Positions 28,507 through 38,789 of a stretch of DNA of 64,000 nt are shown here, piece after piece (position 1 is the stretch's first letter; every line of letters starts with the position of its first letter). The translations under genes and the position numbers were made by a program. Source of the DNA: Sedimentisphaeraceae bacterium JB056. Its GTDB lineage: Bacteria > Planctomycetota > Phycisphaerae > Sedimentisphaerales > Sedimentisphaeraceae. The notes beneath the pieces are model-generated. The model saw only the letters and a list, made by a program, of their open reading frames with translations, was not told where the DNA came from and did no database searches. The stretch covers positions 32,001 to 96,000 of the forward strand of contig JBITAJ010000017.1 in NCBI GenBank assembly GCA_044440125.1. The letters are read 5' to 3'.

Positions 28507-30096
28507 ATGAATGAGATGCGAAAAGTTTTATTGGTAGTTTTGATGGTTGTCGCTTGCGGATTAGCGGCAGACTCAACTTGGGACGGTGAAGGTGGCGACA
28601 ATTTGTGGACAACAGCAGCCAACTGGTCTGGAGATGTTGTGCCGCCTGCAGGCAATAGAATAATGATGTCAATTGAAGATGAATGTATTCTAAGTTCAGG
28701 TTCTGTTACCCCAACTAAATTAATTCTTGGTGCCGGAACAACTGATCCCGGAGCTGTGATAACATTTAGTGGTGGTAGTTTAACTAATGGCAGTTACTGG
28801 TATGTTGGTTATGGTGCAGTTTCTACATTGAATGTCACAAGTTCTGCTTCTGTAATCACGACAAGAGATTTAAGTTTAGGAGCAAATGGCGGTAAGGGAA
28901 CTGTGAATGTTTCTGCCGGTACAATTAATGTAACAGGTACAACGAGTGATTGCTTAAAGGTAGACGGATTGAGCGTAGTGAATTTAAGCGGCGGCAGTAT
29001 TACTACAAATGTCCTTACAATTGGCTCATACGGACTCGTTGATATTTCCGGTAACGGTGTATTGACCCTTACAGGTGATCAGACCGCTTTGGCTGATACC
29101 TATATTGCCGACAGCTACATTGTTGCAGAAGGCGGTGCACTTACGGCAAGTTATATCTTTAATGGAAGCGATACGCTGATTTATTCGCCCAATAATACTG
29201 AAATACTCATGCAGGCATACAATCCTACTCCTGAGGACGGTGCTTTCGAACCTGATCCAGATGTTACGTTGAGCTGGTCGGCTGGTGTGAATACGGTATC
29301 TCATAACCTGTATTTTGGTCAGGATAACACGAATCTGCCGTTGCTTGCTGGTGGTCTTACTGTTGAGACTTACGACCTTGATGAACTTGAATTCGGTTCA
29401 GCTTACTATTGGAGAGTTGATGAAGTTAAGGCGGATACTTCCGTTGAAACAGGTGATACCTGGATGTTTACGACAAGAGGTACCTTAGCAATTGAAGAGT
29501 TCTATTATGACACCGAACCTAACCTGCTTAACGTATGGTCGGCTGGAACTAATACAACAATAGGACTTTCAGTGGATCCCGAGCCTGCGCGTGATGGAAG
29601 TGCAATGGCGATTGATTATGACAACAGTCTTGCTCCGTATTATTCTGAAGCAAGTTTCACTCCGGAACTTACCGACTTTACATTATATAACCTTGCTTCA
29701 TTTGAACTGCGTTATTATGGACTTCCTGCTAATTCTTCTGAAGATATGTATGTAACTCTGAGCGATGGCGTTAATTCTGCTACGGTTGAGCTTGGCGAGA
29801 CTGCTACACTCATCGAGGACTGGTACTTCTTCAGAATCGCTTACTCTGAATTTACTGATAATAATCCGAGTCTTGATCTTACCAATATTCAGACTGTAAC
29901 AGTTGGTGTTGGCTCAAAACTCGCTCCGACTCCGGGCGGAAGTGGAACCTTGTATGTTGACAATCTCCGCCTCTGGATCGCAAGATGTATGGAAACACCG
30001 GCTGCGGATCTTACAGGTGACTGTAAAGTTAATATTGATGACCTTGCCGAATTGGCTCAGGGTTGGACTGCTAACGGTATCTGGCCTACTGAATAA
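28507..30096 (+). CDS. secreted modular protein: Gly-rich beta repeats, Ig/FN3-like, CBM-like and dockerin-like tail
   Basis: [54 protein letters not shown]. Confidence 0.75.
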   Translation: MNEMRKVLLVVLMVVACGLAADSTWDGEGGDNLWTTAANWSGDVVPPAGNRIMMSIEDECILSSGSVTPTKLILGAGTTDPGAVITFSGGSLTNGSYWYVGYGAVSTLNVTSSASVITTRDLSLGANGGKGTVNVSAGTINVTGTTSDCLKVDGLSVVNLSGGSITTNVLTIGSYGLVDISGNGVLTLTGDQTALADTYIADSYIVAEGGALTASYIFNGSDTLIYSPNNTEILMQAYNPTPEDGAFEPDPDVTLSWSAGVNTVSHNLYFGQDNTNLPLLAGGLTVETYDLDELEFGSAYYWRVDEVKADTSVETGDTWMFTTRGTLAIEEFYYDTEPNLLNVWSAGTNTTIGLSVDPEPARDGSAMAIDYDNSLAPYYSEASFTPELTDFTLYNLASFELRYYGLPANSSEDMYVTLSDGVNSATVELGETATLIEDWYFFRIAYSEFTDNNPSLDLTNIQTVTVGVGSKLAPTPGGSGTLYVDNLRLWIARCMETPAADLTGDCKVNIDDLAELAQGWTANGIWPTE

Positions 30097-30188
30097 TAAA
30101 TTTGTTTATACGGTTCGGTATTGGTATAATGGATATCAGTACCGAACCTTTTAGTGAGAGTATTAATATAGAAATGAATGGGTACGAA

Positions 30189-31028
30189 ATGAGATTGTTA
30201 AAGAAACAACATGGTTTTACTCTTATAGAGTTGCTGGTCGTAATTTCTATAATTGCTATTTTGATGAGTATCTTGATGCCTGCACTTGGTAAAGTAAGAG
30301 AGCAGGCCAAGGAGACTTTATGCAAATCTAACTTGCGTCAGAACAGTCTTTGCTTTGATATGTATCTTCAGGATAATAATTACAAGTATTTCACCTGTTA
30401 TGGTTTTCTTGACAGCAATGGCGATATCGGAAATAACTGGTTTCATTCGATAATGGAATATATGGGTGGTGATTATAATGAGAAGCTTCTCATGTGTGCA
30501 GCTACCAGTGCAAAGAAGGTTCAGGGTGAAAATGAAACACTGATTGACCCTAAAAGCGTCTATGACGGCAGCGTATGGCATGAGGATATATCATTGTTTT
30601 CTTATGGTCTTAATGATTGGGTCCTGAGTGCATGGAATGGCGAAATCATACCTAACAATGTGAAGCAGTATTCATGGAAAACTTCAATGGTGAAAGAAGT
30701 GTCACCTTCAAGAATACCTGTTCTCGGAGATGCAAGTTACCCTGTTGCTACTGATGTTAGATTTCTGATGACTCCACCTGCAGTGCCGGATTATGGAGAT
30801 CATTTCTGGAAGAATTCAAGTGCTTCAGGGCAGCAGATGAAAAGATTCTGTCTTGATAGGCATAATCTTGCAGTTGACTGGACATTTATGGATGGTTCAG
30901 TTAAGAAAGTCGGACTAAAGCAGCTTTGGGAATTACCATTCCACAAAGGTTGGAATCCGAACGATTTTGATGTAGAAAATATCCGCTGGAAAGACTGGAT
31001 GGCCAATAGCAAGGATTATTCTTTGTAA
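30189..31028 (+). CDS. prepilin-type N-terminal cleavage/methylation and H-X9-DG domain protein
   Basis: [39 protein letters not shown]. Confidence 0.9.
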   Translation: MRLLKKQHGFTLIELLVVISIIAILMSILMPALGKVREQAKETLCKSNLRQNSLCFDMYLQDNNYKYFTCYGFLDSNGDIGNNWFHSIMEYMGGDYNEKLLMCAATSAKKVQGENETLIDPKSVYDGSVWHEDISLFSYGLNDWVLSAWNGEIIPNNVKQYSWKTSMVKEVSPSRIPVLGDASYPVATDVRFLMTPPAVPDYGDHFWKNSSASGQQMKRFCLDRHNLAVDWTFMDGSVKKVGLKQLWELPFHKGWNPNDFDVENIRWKDWMANSKDYSL

Positions 31029-31055
31029 AGGTAACAGATACAGAGTGAGAGAAGT

Positions 31056-32264
31056 TTGGAAAAAGTCTTAAACCCAAAGCGTAAGAAAGTTGCCGTACTT
31101 ATTGAAGCGGTGCGAGGTCATGAAAGGGCCTTGCTTCGAGGTATTGGTAAGTATGCACGTACGCAGGGCAGGTGGGTTTTCTATCTCAATAAGCTCGATC
31201 CTTTCTACCGCAGGGGGAAGTTCAAGGACGATGTCCTTATCAGCCGTCTTTTGAAGTGGGGTGTTGACGGTGTAATAACCCGTTATCCCGGGCAGATTGA
31301 GAATTTTACAAAGATAGGTATTCCTGTTGTGTCTGCAATTCAGGAAGAGTTTGAGCAGGACGACTATAATATCATAGAGATCAATAATGATGCGGTCGGT
31401 GTGATGGCGGCGGAACATTTCATAGCAAGAGGTTTCAGGCATTATGGGTTCTGCGGTTTTACCGAGATGTTCTGGTCGAATAACAGGTGTGAAAGCTTTA
31501 CCCGAAGACTTAATGAGGCCGGATACGAGGTCTCGAATTATGAACAGTCCAGGCCGCTTAAATATTTGTCGTGGGATATCGAGCTTGCCGCGATAACGAA
31601 GTGGCTTGAGCAGTTGCCAAAGCCTGTTGCTATACTTGTTTGTAATGACGACAGGGCTGAGCATATAATAGAGGGCTGCAAGCAGGCAGGTCTTAATATA
31701 CCTGAAGATGTGGCTGTTCTTGGTGTTGATAATGACGAGTTCATTTGCGAGTTTTCCGATCCGCCGCTTTCGAGTGTGGTTATAAACAGCGAGAAGGGCG
31801 GATATGAAGCCGCTGAGCTGCTTGATTCGTATATGAACGGCCGCAGAGAGATTAAGAGCAAGATTGTTATTGATCCAACGCATATCGTTGAGCGGCAATC
31901 TACCGATATTCTTGCGATTGAGGATCGTGATGTCGCCAAGGCGATAGCTTTTATCAGAAATAATTCCGATCGTATTATTCAGGCCGAAGACGTTGCTGAT
32001 TATGTAGGTTTGAGCCTTCGTGTGCTGCAGAAGAGATTTCATAAGGTAAAGGGCAGATCTTTGAGGGATGAATTCAAGCGGGTTCGTCTTTCGGAGATAA
32101 CCAAGCTGCTCAGAGAAACACGGCTTACTGTTTCACAAATTGCATTAAGCCTTGGTTATTCAAATGATCATAATCTGGCGAGATTTTTCAGTAAAGAAAT
32201 GGGGCTCTCGCCGTCTGAATACAGAAAAAAATATTCAAAAGTAGTAGTTGATATCGAAGAATAA
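31056..32264 (+). CDS. XylR-family transcriptional regulator (periplasmic-binding fold plus AraC HTH)
   Basis: LPKPVAILVCNDD, PEDVAVLGVDND, PPLSSV, C-terminal IALSLGY..LARFFSKEMGLSPSEYR. Confidence 0.9.
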   Translation: MEKVLNPKRKKVAVLIEAVRGHERALLRGIGKYARTQGRWVFYLNKLDPFYRRGKFKDDVLISRLLKWGVDGVITRYPGQIENFTKIGIPVVSAIQEEFEQDDYNIIEINNDAVGVMAAEHFIARGFRHYGFCGFTEMFWSNNRCESFTRRLNEAGYEVSNYEQSRPLKYLSWDIELAAITKWLEQLPKPVAILVCNDDRAEHIIEGCKQAGLNIPEDVAVLGVDNDEFICEFSDPPLSSVVINSEKGGYEAAELLDSYMNGRREIKSKIVIDPTHIVERQSTDILAIEDRDVAKAIAFIRNNSDRIIQAEDVADYVGLSLRVLQKRFHKVKGRSLRDEFKRVRLSEITKLLRETRLTVSQIALSLGYSNDHNLARFFSKEMGLSPSEYRKKYSKVVVDIEE

Positions 32265-32359
32265 GACTTCAATATCAGGCTTGTAATTTACATGTCGCAA
32301 TGTTGTTTTTTTACCATTATACCGAAAGAAAGGCGGATGAAATGAATCTACAAAAACCG

Positions 32360-32418
32360 AAAATGGCGGAATTACCTGCTAAACTGGCGTTTTAGTTTTA
32401 TGCTTTAAGAGTTAATAT
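32360..32418 (+). promoter_or_regulatory. second putative AraC/XylR-activated promoter
   Basis: AAAATGGCG (32360) and AAACTGGCG (32381), 21-bp period; TAATAT at 32413. Confidence 0.45.
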
Positions 32419-32512
32419 GAACAGTCATCGGTCTTTGATTGTTTTTACAGTCTATGGCCGAGCTTAACAGGGTTACCTGTTTTGAGAAGAGTTTGATACT
32501 CCGGGAAATGTT

Positions 32513-34003
32513 ATGGAATTTAATTTAGGATTTTTAGATACATCGATATTATTTTTATATGCTGCGATTCTTGTTGGCATGGGTGTTTATTATTGCCGTA
32601 AAACCAAAACTGCTGATGAGTTTATGGTAGCCGGCAGGTCTATACCGGCATGGGCTGCGGGTATTGCTGTTATGAGTGCTTATACCAGCAGTATTTCGTA
32701 TATTGCAGTGCCGGGCAAGGCGTATGACAGCAACTGGCATCCGCTTGTCTTTGTTTTGTGCATACCGCCGGTTGCGTGGCTCGTGACCAAGTATGTGATT
32801 CCTTACTACAGGCGGGAAAAACTGATTTCTGTCTTTTCTTTTCTTGAAGGTCGTCTTGGTCCGTGGGCCAGAATATACGCTGCATTATCTTTTGTAATTT
32901 ATATGATCGGAAGGGCTGCGGTAATTATATATCTTGCGAGCTTGCTTTTGACGACATTTGTGCCGTGGGATATCCGCTGGGTCATAATCGTGATCGGTAT
33001 AATAACAGTGGTTTACACGCTTCTTGGTGGTATGGAGGCCGTTATCTGGACAGATGTTATGCAGTCTATAATAATGGTTGGTGGCCTTGTATTCTGCGTT
33101 GTAATGCTTAGTAAAAGTGTCTTGAGCGGTTCGGAGCCTTTAATTAATAAGGCCGTGGAAGCCAATAAATTTGCTCTTGGCGAATGGGATTTCTCTTTCT
33201 CATCTCGTACGGTATGGGTGATGATAATTTACAGCCTTACTGAAAATTTAAGAAATCTGGTTGCCGATCAGAATTACGTGCAGAAATATTGTTCGGTAGC
33301 GGATGAAAAAGCGGCCAAGCGTTCACTCTGGATAAGCATGGCGATTTATATTCCGCTTACTCCGGTATTCCTTTACATTGGAACCGCATTGTTCTCATAT
33401 TACGGTGGTGATGGGAATGTGCTTCCGGCAGAGATAACAAAGGGCGATCAGGTGTTCCCGTATTTCATCGCTACTCAGTTGCCTATCGGTATTAAGGGGC
33501 TGATGATTGCTGCCATACTTGCTGCGGCTATGAGTACTATAGACTCAGCCTTGAACTGCTCGGCGACTGTTTTATTTATCGACTTTATGAAGAGATTTTT
33601 CGCTCCAAATATAGGTGAGCGTCAGAGTGTTAATTTCCTCAGGCTGATGACTGTGGTATGGGGTATTTTAGGCATCGCTTTTGCATTGCTTATGATAAAG
33701 GCTCGCAGTGCACTTGAAATATGGTGGCAGATATCCGGTATATTCGGCGGCGGTATCCTCGGCTTGTTCATACTCGGATTCTGCAGAAGCAAGCTTAAGT
33801 TGTGGCAGGGGCTTGTGGCGATACTTGTCAGTATCGTACTTATATCGTGGATAACTTTCGGACAAGGTTTTGATGGGTCTATGGAGTGTCTGAAATGCTC
33901 GCTTGATCCTATTATGGCGGGTGTGGTTGGTGTTGTAAGCCTTGTGATAGTTGGTTTGCTGTTTGGCTTTTTCAATAAGAAGGTTGGGGAGGTGACAGCA
34001 TGA
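32513..34003 (+). CDS. sodium:solute symporter (SSS, sugar/sialic-acid transporter-like)
   Basis: EFMVAGRSIP, GGMEAVIWTDVMQ, DQNYVQKY, AAAMSTIDS. Confidence 0.92.
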   Translation: MEFNLGFLDTSILFLYAAILVGMGVYYCRKTKTADEFMVAGRSIPAWAAGIAVMSAYTSSISYIAVPGKAYDSNWHPLVFVLCIPPVAWLVTKYVIPYYRREKLISVFSFLEGRLGPWARIYAALSFVIYMIGRAAVIIYLASLLLTTFVPWDIRWVIIVIGIITVVYTLLGGMEAVIWTDVMQSIIMVGGLVFCVVMLSKSVLSGSEPLINKAVEANKFALGEWDFSFSSRTVWVMIIYSLTENLRNLVADQNYVQKYCSVADEKAAKRSLWISMAIYIPLTPVFLYIGTALFSYYGGDGNVLPAEITKGDQVFPYFIATQLPIGIKGLMIAAILAAAMSTIDSALNCSATVLFIDFMKRFFAPNIGERQSVNFLRLMTVVWGILGIAFALLMIKARSALEIWWQISGIFGGGILGLFILGFCRSKLKLWQGLVAILVSIVLISWITFGQGFDGSMECLKCSLDPIMAGVVGVVSLVIVGLLFGFFNKKVGEVTA

Positions 34004-35067
34004 GTTTAGAATACAAAAAACAACAGCATATTGATTTCTGGAATGGTGACGGCAGTTCGCTGATATTTATTCCCACGGCACAAATGTGTCAGTACGATGT
34101 GGATGATTACGAGAGCCGGTTTAATAACCCGGATAAAATGCTTGAAGCAGAGCTTTCGCGAGCGAAGGCCGTTATCGACTGGCCCACAGACGGAATCCCG
34201 ACTGTGCGTCCTAATCTTGGTACTGTTTTTATTCCGGCGATAGCGGGGCAGAGCTATTCTATAACCGATGGGCAGATGCCGTGGCCGGGTGAATATTTCA
34301 GTATTGAGCAGATAGAGCAGATATCTGCGATTGATGTGCAGGCATCAAAGATGCTTAAGCTTGCGACTGACTTTTACGACAAGTTCAATGAGTTGGGCAG
34401 CGATGAGATTGTTGGCTATCATGCTGATACGCAGGGTGTTTATGATATACTTCACCTATTACGTGGAGATGAGTTGTTCTATGAGATGAGTGATGATAAC
34501 AGCCGAAGCAAGACTCATGAGCTTCTCAAGATTATTACGGCTTTGTATATCGAAGTGAGCAAAGCGATTAAAGAAGCTCTTGGCGAAGAATCTGGCGAAA
34601 TGACTCATGGTCATGGAACTCAGCAGGGTATGTATTTTCCAAATGCCGGAGTAAGGCTTTCTGAGGATACGCCGACTTTACTTTCGCCTGCTATGATAGA
34701 CGAGTTTGTGTTGCCGTATATGCGTGAATCTGCTGAGCCTTTTGGCGGGGCGTTTGTGCATTATTGCGGCAAGCATGAGTATCTTTATGAAAAGATACTT
34801 GAGTGTGATTTTGTCAGGGCTATCGATTTGGGTAACCCTGAAATGTATGATACGAAATGGCTCCTTGAAAAATGCTCTGCAACCGGCACAGTCTTTTATG
34901 GTAGGCTTGCTGCTGTTGATGGCGAAAGCTGGAGCGATTATATAAAACGTTTAGCGGGGATTCTTAATGAAACCGGAGCAAGATGTGTACTCAGGCCGGA
35001 AGTGTTTCCGCTCGAAAAGAGTGAATGTGAAGATATGCTGAATATGTGGCATGAATTAACAGGTTAG
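34000..35067 (+). CDS. URO-D/methyltransferase-fold protein (divergent)
   Basis: DTQGVYD..LLRG, SED...LSPAMIDEFVLPY, HYCG. Confidence 0.65.
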   Translation: MSLEYKKQQHIDFWNGDGSSLIFIPTAQMCQYDVDDYESRFNNPDKMLEAELSRAKAVIDWPTDGIPTVRPNLGTVFIPAIAGQSYSITDGQMPWPGEYFSIEQIEQISAIDVQASKMLKLATDFYDKFNELGSDEIVGYHADTQGVYDILHLLRGDELFYEMSDDNSRSKTHELLKIITALYIEVSKAIKEALGEESGEMTHGHGTQQGMYFPNAGVRLSEDTPTLLSPAMIDEFVLPYMRESAEPFGGAFVHYCGKHEYLYEKILECDFVRAIDLGNPEMYDTKWLLEKCSATGTVFYGRLAAVDGESWSDYIKRLAGILNETGARCVLRPEVFPLEKSECEDMLNMWHELTG

Positions 35068-35078
35068 GATTTTAATAT

Positions 35079-36218
35079 ATGACTTCTAAGGAAAGATTTT
35101 TAGCGGCAATCAACGGTGACCCTGTGGACAGAGTTGCAGTGATGCCGAAAATATGGGTAGATTTTGCTGCCTGCAATATGGGCGTAAGCCTGGTTGATAT
35201 AATAAAAGACCCTCTTCTGGCATTGAGGGTAATTGCGCAGGCTGCCAATAAACTTGGCTTTGATGCGGCAAGGCAATTTCTGTTTCCTGAGAAGAAAATC
35301 GAAGAAGCTGACGGCGTGGTGTATGAAATTGATGCTGCGGGTAAAAGGATAGGCAAGATTGATATGAGTGGAGGGCTCTCCACTTATCTTTTTGATTCGA
35401 AAGATTATAAGATTGATGATCCATATACGATTGCTTATTCCCATTCATGGTCAACGCATGAGCCGCTGGTTGAGACTGTTGAACAGGCTGAATCTATTGC
35501 TGTTCCTGACGGCAGGTTGTTTGATGAGCTTGGCTGGGGACGGATGCAGAAAGAAGTCATAGATGAGTTTGGCGAAGAACTGCTGCTTGTGGGCGATTGC
35601 GGTTCGGCTACTATGTCGTTTTATATTCACTTTCGCGGTATTGATAATGCAATGCTGGATTTGATAATGAATCCGCAACTCGTTCATGCGATGATGAACA
35701 AAGGTGCTGAGATTGCTATCGCGAAGGGTAAGTATTGGCTTGATAACGGAATGACCGTTCTCAGACTCAATGACTCAACAGGAAATATGTCGCTGATATC
35801 ACCTCAGCACTGGGATGAATTTATTTATCCATATATCGAACGTGTTTGCAGTGAATTGCATGGTTATAATAAGGATGCTAAGATTTATTGTCATATTTGC
35901 GGCAATGTTCTGCCTGTTATCGGCAGGCTTAAAGATGCCGGTCTTGATTGTATCGGTCCTCTTGATCCTCTTGGCGGGTTTACTGTTGCTCAGGCTCGTG
36001 AGGCAGCCGGAAGTTCGGTAAGTCTTATGGGCGGGGTTGATACTCTCTCTCTGCTTAACAATACTCCTGAGCAAATAAAGAAAGAGGCCAGCGATTGTAT
36101 TAAACTCAGTGGTGAGGGTGGTTATATTCTCAGCAGCGGTTGTGTTGTCCCAAGGGCTTGTCCTCCTGAGAACCTGATTGCTCTTGTTGAGGCTTCAAAA
36201 GAAAATAGTTACAGTTAA
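35079..36218 (+). CDS. uroporphyrinogen decarboxylase family protein (MtaA/CmuA-like)
   Basis: MTSKERFLAAING..DR, FRG..NAMLD, ISP..WDEF, HICGN, LMGGVD, GGYILSSGC. Confidence 0.85.
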   Translation: MTSKERFLAAINGDPVDRVAVMPKIWVDFAACNMGVSLVDIIKDPLLALRVIAQAANKLGFDAARQFLFPEKKIEEADGVVYEIDAAGKRIGKIDMSGGLSTYLFDSKDYKIDDPYTIAYSHSWSTHEPLVETVEQAESIAVPDGRLFDELGWGRMQKEVIDEFGEELLLVGDCGSATMSFYIHFRGIDNAMLDLIMNPQLVHAMMNKGAEIAIAKGKYWLDNGMTVLRLNDSTGNMSLISPQHWDEFIYPYIERVCSELHGYNKDAKIYCHICGNVLPVIGRLKDAGLDCIGPLDPLGGFTVAQAREAAGSSVSLMGGVDTLSLLNNTPEQIKKEASDCIKLSGEGGYILSSGCVVPRACPPENLIALVEASKENSYS

Positions 36219-36238
36219 TTGTAAGGAATATATATAAA

Positions 36239-37147
36239 ATGACTAACACAGAAAAATTAAAAGGTATAATACCGCCAATGATAACTCCTCTTCTCGACAG
36301 GAATACTCTCGATGTTGAGGGGCTTGAGAAGCTTGTTGAGCATATTCTTGGTGGTGGTGTTCATGGTCTGTTTCTACTTGGAACTACCGGTGAAGCGCCG
36401 AGTTTGAGTTATAAGCTGCGTTATGAGCTTATAGAAAAAGCGACAGCTTTCATTGGTTCAAGGGTGCCGGTGCTTGTAGGTATCAGCGATACGTCTTTTA
36501 CTGAGTCGGTAAATGTTGCGAAGAAAGCGGCCGATTGCGGCGCTGATGCTGTCGTGCTTGCTCCGCCGTATTATTTCACAGCCGGACAACCGGAACTTGT
36601 TGAATACGTAGAGCATTTGTGTCAGGAGCTTCCGCTTCCGATGTATTTGTATAATATGCCGGGATGCACAAAGATTAATCTTGAACCAGACACTGTTGCT
36701 GAACTTTCAAAGCTCGACAAAATCGTTGGACTTAAAGACAGTTCGGGCAATCTTACATATTTCAATACGGTCAAGACATTGCTTGCTGACAGAGATGATT
36801 TCAGCTTGCTTGTCGGCCCTGAGGAGCTGCTTGCTCAGAGCGTGCTTTTGGGAGCAGACGGCGGCGTTAATGGTGGTGCCAATATCTTCCCATCGCTTTA
36901 TGTTGAATTGTATAAGGCTTCTGTTGCCGGTGATCTTGCGAAAGTAAGAGAGCTTCATGCTAAGGTTATGCAGATCAGTACGACTATTTACAGGGTTGGG
37001 AAATATGGTTCAAGTTTCATGAAGAGCGTTAAGTGTGTCTTGAAACTTAAGGGGATATGCAGCGACTATATGGAAGAACCTTTCCATAAATTCCGTCCGG
37101 CAGAAGTCGAAAAAATCAAGCGTTTTCTTGAACAGGAAATGATTTAA
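36239..37147 (+). CDS. dihydrodipicolinate synthase family aldolase (KDG/NanA-like, not DapA)
   Basis: GTTGE, PPYY, LYNMPG, GLKDSSG. Confidence 0.88.
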   Translation: MTNTEKLKGIIPPMITPLLDRNTLDVEGLEKLVEHILGGGVHGLFLLGTTGEAPSLSYKLRYELIEKATAFIGSRVPVLVGISDTSFTESVNVAKKAADCGADAVVLAPPYYFTAGQPELVEYVEHLCQELPLPMYLYNMPGCTKINLEPDTVAELSKLDKIVGLKDSSGNLTYFNTVKTLLADRDDFSLLVGPEELLAQSVLLGADGGVNGGANIFPSLYVELYKASVAGDLAKVRELHAKVMQISTTIYRVGKYGSSFMKSVKCVLKLKGICSDYMEEPFHKFRPAEVEKIKRFLEQEMI

Positions 37148-37181
37148 CGCAAGTTTAAGAAAATACACAAATCTGAAAAAT

Positions 37182-37213
37182 AATGCCGGAGATACAAGTG
37201 TGTCTCCGGCATT
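37182..37213. terminator. terminator hairpin between convergent genes
   Basis: AATGCCGGAGATAC-aagt-GTGTCTCCGGCATT. Confidence 0.8.
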
Positions 37214-37219
37214 GTTTGA

Positions 37220-37954
37220 TTATAGCAATGATGCGGCAGATTTATCCAGATACATTCTGCAGCTTGGGTGTTCCTTCAGTATGCTTGCCGGTCTTTGTGG
37301 TGAGCTGCCGTCAGCGAGGGTGTCCTTGACTGCCTGAGCTTTACGTTCATCCGGTACTGTTACAATAATGTTTTTGCTTTTCATTATCTGCTTGACGCTC
37401 ATTGATATGGCCTGAGTTGGAACAGCATCAATGCTTTCAAACCAACCTTCGCCAAGCTGCTGCTGCCTGCATTTTTCGTCAAGTTCGACTACTATGAAAG
37501 GGATTTCCGTTTCAAAATCAGCAGGGGGGTCGTTGAATGCCAGATGTCCGTTTTCTCCTATGCCTACAAAAGCAACGTCAATTTCACATTCAGAAATTAT
37601 CTTGCTGAGTTTGTCACACTCTGCCTGCGGGTCAATCTCGCCATTTACAAAATGTACGTCTTTTAGTTTTTGAGGTAATTTTTCTACAAAACGTTCTTTG
37701 AGATACTTTCTGAAACTTGCCGGATGAGATTCACTCATTCCTACATATTCGTCAAGATGGAACATTGTGATTTTGCTCCAGTCGATGCCTTCAGCTTTTG
37801 TCAGGCTTGAAAGCATTTCGAATTGACTGGCGCCAGTTGCAACAATGATGCAGGCTTGGCCTTTTTCCTGCAGCGCTTCTCTAAGTTTTTCAGCTCCCGC
37901 AGCAGCGGCCGCTGAACCCATTTGTTCTTTTGTGTCGAAAATAAAGTTTTCCAT
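37220..37954 (-). CDS. nagB: glucosamine-6-phosphate deaminase
   Basis: ATGASQ, FHLDEY, GIGENGHLAFNDP, RPASIL..H. Confidence 0.85.
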   Translation of the reverse strand: MENFIFDTKEQMGSAAAAAGAEKLREALQEKGQACIIVATGASQFEMLSSLTKAEGIDWSKITMFHLDEYVGMSESHPASFRKYLKERFVEKLPQKLKDVHFVNGEIDPQAECDKLSKIISECEIDVAFVGIGENGHLAFNDPPADFETEIPFIVVELDEKCRQQQLGEGWFESIDAVPTQAISMSVKQIMKSKNIIVTVPDERKAQAVKDTLADGSSPQRPASILKEHPSCRMYLDKSAASLL

Positions 37955-37980
37955 TTCAGTAATCCTTGTCTGTAAAAATC

Positions 37981-38646
37981 CTATTTCATTTGTTCAAGTA
38001 CATCTTCAAGATGGTCAGAGAGTGCTTCTCTGGCAAGTTTTTTATCGTGTTTGGCAATACTTGCGGTGATTCTCAGGTGTGACGTGAGTGTAAGTTGCTC
38101 GCATTGTTCATTTTGAGTGCTTACAACTTGCAGGTATCTGTGGTATTCTTCGATAGCATCGTAAGCGGCAAGCAGGACAGGGTTGTCTGTACACTCAACA
38201 ATAAACCGGTGAAAATCCATGTCGAGTTTTAAAAACATCGCAAGGTCACTTGAGTGGTAAGCCATTTCTGATACTATGTTCTGGATATGTGATATTTGCG
38301 ATTCTGTCATTTTAACAGCGGAGATGTCAATGGCGGCAAGCTCTATTGCCTTTCTTGCGACCATCATATCGCTTGCGCATACTTTCGTGACTCCCTCCGG
38401 TAAAAGTTCCGCCGGAACATCCGAAAAGCTCCTATGGCTTATATAAACACCGCTTCCCTGTCTTGTCTCAATAAGCCCAAGTTTCTGGAGTTCTTCGATT
38501 GCTTTTCTCAAAGTACCCCTGCTTACACCAAGGTCTGTAGAAAGCTTCCTTTCAGGTGGCAGCGGTTTATTGTCTTCGTATTGTCCCGAAGCTATCATTG
38601 ATATGAGCTTTTTTACGACTCTATTTTTTAATGTATCTTTATTCAT
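37981..38646 (-). CDS. FadR/GntR family regulator (FCD domain)
   Basis: LPPERKL..LGVSRGTLRKA..QGSG; DMDFH..NPVL..H..I FCD pattern. Confidence 0.9.
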   Translation of the reverse strand: MNKDTLKNRVVKKLISMIASGQYEDNKPLPPERKLSTDLGVSRGTLRKAIEELQKLGLIETRQGSGVYISHRSFSDVPAELLPEGVTKVCASDMMVARKAIELAAIDISAVKMTESQISHIQNIVSEMAYHSSDLAMFLKLDMDFHRFIVECTDNPVLLAAYDAIEEYHRYLQVVSTQNEQCEQLTLTSHLRITASIAKHDKKLAREALSDHLEDVLEQMK

Positions 38647-38661
38647 AATTCAACTATTTCT

Positions 38662-38770
38662 ATATTGGTTCTTTTAGTGTACCAATTCTGCTTGGTATTT
38701 CAAACTTTTTTATTAATTAAAGCTAAAAAATTGACATTAATCTTAGTATTGGTACAATAATAGTCCATAT
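38662..38770. promoter_or_regulatory. divergent promoter region with two inverted FadR-type operator-like sites
   Basis: TGTACCAAT 38678-38686 and ATTGGTACA 38748-38756; plus-strand TTGACA(38731)-N16-TACAAT(38753). Confidence 0.6.
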
Positions 38771-38789
38771 TAGTGATAAGGGTTATTAG

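Noticed and set aside
31068..32042. 324-aa antisense ORF
   Set aside because: Lies wholly opposite the well-supported XylR gene, with no motifs; shadow ORF
34000..36218. hemE assignment
   Set aside because: No RQAGR motif; context is sugar catabolism
36239..37147. dapA or nanA gene symbol
   Set aside because: Lacks the DapA Arg after YNxP, and KDSSG differs from both DapA and NanA; substrate cannot be assigned
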